Origin: Clostridia bacterium
GTDB lineage: Bacteria; Bacillota; Clostridia; Christensenellales; DTU072
Assembly (NCBI GenBank): GCA_024685275.1
Contig: JAIKVY010000189.1
Coordinates: 1-41,099, forward strand
Length of the DNA: 41,099 nt
Direction of reading: 5' to 3'
Below are positions 40,828-41,099 of the stretch, piece by piece. The position numbers and the translations under genes are program-made. Below the pieces are notes generated by a model, which was given only the letters and a program-made list of their open reading frames with translations, searched no databases and had not been told where the DNA came from. Within the stretch, counting starts at the first letter, position 1. Every line of letters starts with the position of its first letter.

Positions 40828-41099
40828 TCAATCGAGATTCATCAAATAGTCTTCAACGTTTATATAATTAATTGTGCCTACTCTACGTGTTCTTCCGCGA
40901 TAAAGCACATATTTCTCTATGATTTTGCCATATATTCGTTCAACAGTAGCACATTTTTCAGCATTATTTAGATATTTTGTTTGATCTTTAGTTGCTTTAT
41001 CACTATGTTTAACTTCAAAAATAGAACAGCTATTTGTCTCGCTATCATATATGACCATATCAAATTTGCCACCTTCCACAAAACGATATTGAAATGCTT
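40828..41099 (-). CDS. 3' end of a PD-(D/E)xK-domain protein (typical of AAA ATPase + DUF4143-like proteins), truncated by window edge
   Basis: G.FDMVIYD...IFEVKHS motif; the reading frame stays open to the window end (AFQYRFVEGG...). Confidence 0.6.
   Translation of the reverse strand, partial: AFQYRFVEGGKFDMVIYDSETNSCSIFEVKHSDKATKDQTKYLNNAEKCATVERIYGKIIEKYVLYRGRTRRVGTINYINVEDYLMNLD

Overview
AT-rich (roughly 28-30% GC by eye, not computed) chromosomal window from a Bacillota/Clostridia-like bacterium, judged from the CIRCE element, ThiT, SipW and sigma-A promoters. Most of it is housekeeping: uridine kinase, GT4, PlsC-like acyltransferase, CIRCE-groESL, GNAT/PHP/P-type ATPase, a Cthe_2159-like lipoprotein, sua5, Lrp plus aminotransferase, TPP riboswitch-thiT, rpsT, serC-serA, dusB, mazG, YhhN, acyl-CoA ligase, PAP2, Mrp/ApbC, a ~1830-aa multi-module surface lipoprotein and a truncated PD-(D/E)xK gene. 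The stand-out feature is the first 8.3 kb. A SipW-type signal peptidase and three related TasA/camelysin-like surface proteins run, tightly spaced, into an McrB-family AAA+ NTPase whose N-terminus is transmembrane instead of a DNA-reader domain. That is followed by a DUF2357/McrC-like protein in which I see no nuclease domain, only a ~350-aa coiled coil. A second, convergent SipW closes the locus. This looks like an McrBC motor repurposed for a membrane/surface-fibre apparatus (inference). Secondary observations: a TPP riboswitch with a non-canonical pyrophosphate-sensing arm, a CIRCE-like inverted copy at the divergent promoter, and several apparently leaderless genes. I found no CRISPR array, rRNA, tRNA or transposase. 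All family calls come from motif recognition by eye, not database searches.
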